NCBI GenBank assembly: GCA_963730605.1
Contig: CAVSSM010000011.1
Span: 1-64,000, forward strand
Direction: 5' to 3'
DNA: 64,000 nt
Source of the DNA: an uncultured Chlamydiae bacterium
GTDB lineage: Bacteria; Chlamydiota; Chlamydiia; Chlamydiales; SM23-39
In this document: piece after piece, positions 61,258 through 64,000 of the stretch
Layout of the letters: the number at the start of each line of letters is the position of its first letter
Position numbering within the stretch: position 1 is the stretch's first letter
Program-made: the position numbers and the translations under genes
The notes under the pieces: model-generated
What the model was told of the DNA's origin: nothing
What the model saw: the letters and a program-made list of their open reading frames with translations, nothing else
Databases searched by the model: none

Positions 61258-63447
61258 ATGGTTAAAAATTATTCAAATAGAAAATTTGGCACTATTGAAG
61301 GGGTCGTCATACCAAACATTCTCCAAATGATTGGTGTCATATTATTTTTACGAGTTGGCCTCGTTTTAGGACACGTAGGCATTTTTCAAATGTCGATTAT
61401 CATCACTTTATCTGCCCTCTTGCTCCTGATTACCGGTCTTTCTTTAGCGGGAATTGTCTCAAATATGAAAATGAGCGGAGGCGGCGCGTATTATCTCATC
61501 TCCAGATCTTTAGGGATTGAATTCGGTGGGGCGATCGGTATCTTAAGCAGCCTTTCTCAGTTATGCTCCATTTCCCTTTGTGTGACAGGCTTTTCTCTTT
61601 CTGTGAATGAATTTTTCCCGAACACCTCTTTGCCCATTGTCAAAGCCCTGACGCTAACTACCCTATTTTTAATCTCTTATATATCAACAAACCTGGCAAT
61701 TAAAACCCAAATTTTCATTTTCATTACACTAGCGGCATCCATTGGTGCAGTTTTTTTTGGAAATGCAGATCAATTGGCTAACTTACAGCCAAATTCGATC
61801 GGGCCTACCCTGACATTTTGGGGCGCATTTGCGATGTTCTTTCCTGGAATGACAGGAATTGAAAGTGGGATGTCGATGTCTGGGGATTTACGCAACCCTT
61901 CTCGCTCTATCCCAATAGGAACGCTGTTATCCATCACTGTCGTCTACCTTGTCTATCTTGGGATCTCTTTTTTTCTATCATCCTTCGTTCCTCCTGAGCT
62001 ACTTAGATCCTATCCCTTCATTCTCTACTACACATCTAAAGCCGGATTCCTAATCATCATGGGGATCTGGGCTGCCACGATTTCGAGCGCTTTGGGTGTA
62101 GTTCTAGGAAGTCCTCGGGTCATACAAGCGGTCGCCAAAGATGGAATTTTACCCCGCTTCTTATCAAAAGGGCATGGAGAGACAAACCAGCCAAGAATCG
62201 CCACCATTACGGTCTATATCCTCGGGATGATTTTCACCTTAGGAACTGAAATTGACCAAATCATCCCCATGCTGACTATGTCGTGCCTGGTTTCTTATGG
62301 ACTCATCAATTTTATCGCCTGTTTTGAATCATTAATGAAAAATCCAAGCTGGCGTCCCTCAATTCAAGTTCATTGGCTTATTTCACTGATCGGCACGGCC
62401 GGGTGCTTGATCGCTATGTTTATGATTGCCCCTGGGGCTGCATTTATCGTGATTGCAGCCGTTACGGTTGTTTGCTCATGGACAGGCAAAAGACAAATTC
62501 AAGCAAATTGGGATGATTTGAAATACAGTATCCTCTCTTTCTTTGTTCATCAAGGGACCATTAAGTTAAGCAACGTAGAAGTGAGCGCAAAAAGCTGGAG
62601 ACCCCACATTCTTACTCTATTTGAAGAACCGAAAGTGGAAAAAAACCTCGCATATTTTACTCATGCCTTAAATCAAGGTAAAGGCTTTCTCACATTTAGC
62701 GCCCATGCGCCTCTCGGCCAAAAAATTAACGAGGTAAGAGACAATCTTAAGATCGATCTAAAGGGATTCAAAATCCCCTCTCATATCCATGTCAATGATG
62801 CTTCCCATCCTTCTCTCTCATTTGGACAAATCATCCGAAATTATGGGTTTGGATTATTAAAACCCAATACGATTGTGATGAGGCCTCCGATGAATTATAA
62901 AAAGCACTCCTTTGCCCAGCTTTTGTTAGACACCCATTCGCAACACAAAAATATCGTTATTCTCAAAGATGACTCAAATAAGGATTACTTATTTACCGAT
63001 CCAAGCCGAAAAAACAAACAAATTAATCTTTGGTGGCGAGGCAAGTATCCAGGTAATTTCGAGTTTTGCTTAGCCCTTGCTTATCTACTGCAACAAAGTA
63101 AACTTTGGCCTAACTCCAAAATTTGCATTAAGATGCTGGCTAAAGATGAAGCTCATCAAAATAAGCTTCATCAACAGTTTGATATGTACAGCTCTGAACT
63201 TCGGATTAAGAATTTAGAATTCTGCCCTATTCTCGATCCTAATGAAAACTTTTTTACGAACTTCGAAGCACATTCTCAAAATGCTGACCTGACTTTTTTG
63301 GGGCTTAAAAAACCGGAAGAAAATACGACGGCTGAAGAGTATGAAGAGTATTACCAAAACCTATCGCAAAACACCAAAGGGGTGAACAATATCGCTTTTG
63401 TTATTTGTGGTGAAAAATTCGAATTCCGCAACATTTTCAGAGACTAA
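61258..63447 (+). CDS. Cation-chloride cotransporter (SLC12-like) / APC-superfamily permease
   Basis: KFGTIEGV, GVILFLR, GGAYYLISRSLG, FFPGMTGI..G.SMSGDL, WRP, PNTI. AT-rich relative to neighbours. Confidence 0.88.
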   Translation: MVKNYSNRKFGTIEGVVIPNILQMIGVILFLRVGLVLGHVGIFQMSIIITLSALLLLITGLSLAGIVSNMKMSGGGAYYLISRSLGIEFGGAIGILSSLSQLCSISLCVTGFSLSVNEFFPNTSLPIVKALTLTTLFLISYISTNLAIKTQIFIFITLAASIGAVFFGNADQLANLQPNSIGPTLTFWGAFAMFFPGMTGIESGMSMSGDLRNPSRSIPIGTLLSITVVYLVYLGISFFLSSFVPPELLRSYPFILYYTSKAGFLIIMGIWAATISSALGVVLGSPRVIQAVAKDGILPRFLSKGHGETNQPRIATITVYILGMIFTLGTEIDQIIPMLTMSCLVSYGLINFIACFESLMKNPSWRPSIQVHWLISLIGTAGCLIAMFMIAPGAAFIVIAAVTVVCSWTGKRQIQANWDDLKYSILSFFVHQGTIKLSNVEVSAKSWRPHILTLFEEPKVEKNLAYFTHALNQGKGFLTFSAHAPLGQKINEVRDNLKIDLKGFKIPSHIHVNDASHPSLSFGQIIRNYGFGLLKPNTIVMRPPMNYKKHSFAQLLLDTHSQHKNIVILKDDSNKDYLFTDPSRKNKQINLWWRGKYPGNFEFCLALAYLLQQSKLWPNSKICIKMLAKDEAHQNKLHQQFDMYSSELRIKNLEFCPILDPNENFFTNFEAHSQNADLTFLGLKKPEENTTAEEYEEYYQNLSQNTKGVNNIAFVICGEKFEFRNIFRD

Positions 63448-63740
63448 TGAGCTATCCATTAATTCAACTAATAATCGTAATTTTATTTACAGCATCTTTG
63501 GTTTTTGTAAAAAAAACGATCACCCACTGCATCTAAACCAAAATGGGGGCAAGCCATAATATTTGGGGTAAAGCTTTTCTCCATTCTGTACGCAAGCCGT
63601 TCCACTTTTTCATCTGGCTTACCGTTTTAGTATTTGTCATTCGACTTCTCCAACAGATGTTTATCCAAGATGAAATAATAAAGGCCTTATCTTCCTCCTT
63701 TTATAGAGGCGGGGTGCTCCTCCTATCGCCCAGGAGCTGA
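63447..63740 (+). pseudogene. N-terminal fragment of an MscS-like membrane protein
   Basis: TAATG coupling to the transporter, in-frame TAA at 63534, NIWGKAFLHSVRKPFHFFIWL, then truncated. Confidence 0.4.
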
Positions 63741-64000
63741 AATTTATCTCCTCGACGACAAGTTCCAAATGGTGCCAAAAGGAGAGATCTTTATCTCTGC
63801 GATGGGCTCGCTTTAGGGTATTTGAACCAGCCCGATTTAACAAAAGAGAGATTTTTCTCCCTTCCTCTTCAAGGAAAATCAATCCGGATCTACAGAACCG
63901 GAGATTATGCGCGCCTCTTGCCAGAGGGAGAGCTTGAATATTTGGGACGAATTGATACCCAAGTCAAAATCCGGGGATTCCGGATTGAACTTGGCGAGGT
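63733..64000 (+). pseudogene. NRPS-type adenylation domain fragment, frameshifted, runs off the window
   Basis: [22 protein letters not shown], frameshift near 63800, then [37 protein letters not shown]. Confidence 0.8.

Overview
This window looks like the chromosome of an environmental Chlamydiota member. That is an inference from chlamydia-type gene neighbourhoods (mutL-pepP, eno/rsbU, lipA-lpdA, phosphoesterase/glgC, secA-psd-nth-mnmE) and a MOMP-like porin. The first 19.9 kb is the 3' part of one giant Gly/Asn/Thr-rich repeat protein (more than 6,600 aa, open at the window edge). It has hierarchical repeats, a 2,982-bp tandem duplication, 64 consecutive prolines and Trp-rich 56-aa C-terminal repeats. 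The rest is tightly packed housekeeping genes plus accessory material. That material includes two tandem low-GC paralogues (hydrophobic N-terminus, variable 33-37-aa repeats, conserved Cys domain), at least five families of MITE-like inverted-repeat elements with no transposase in the window, a duplicated small-ORF cassette, an unannotated protamine-like ORF, a Fic protein and several pseudogenes (DUF1543-like, MscS-like, NRPS adenylation fragment). secA carries four +1 frameshifts that are probably assembly errors. Many genes appear to have a -10 box 6-9 nt before the ATG with no Shine-Dalgarno (SD). I saw no rRNA, tRNA or CRISPR array. All family calls come from motif recognition by eye; no searches were run.
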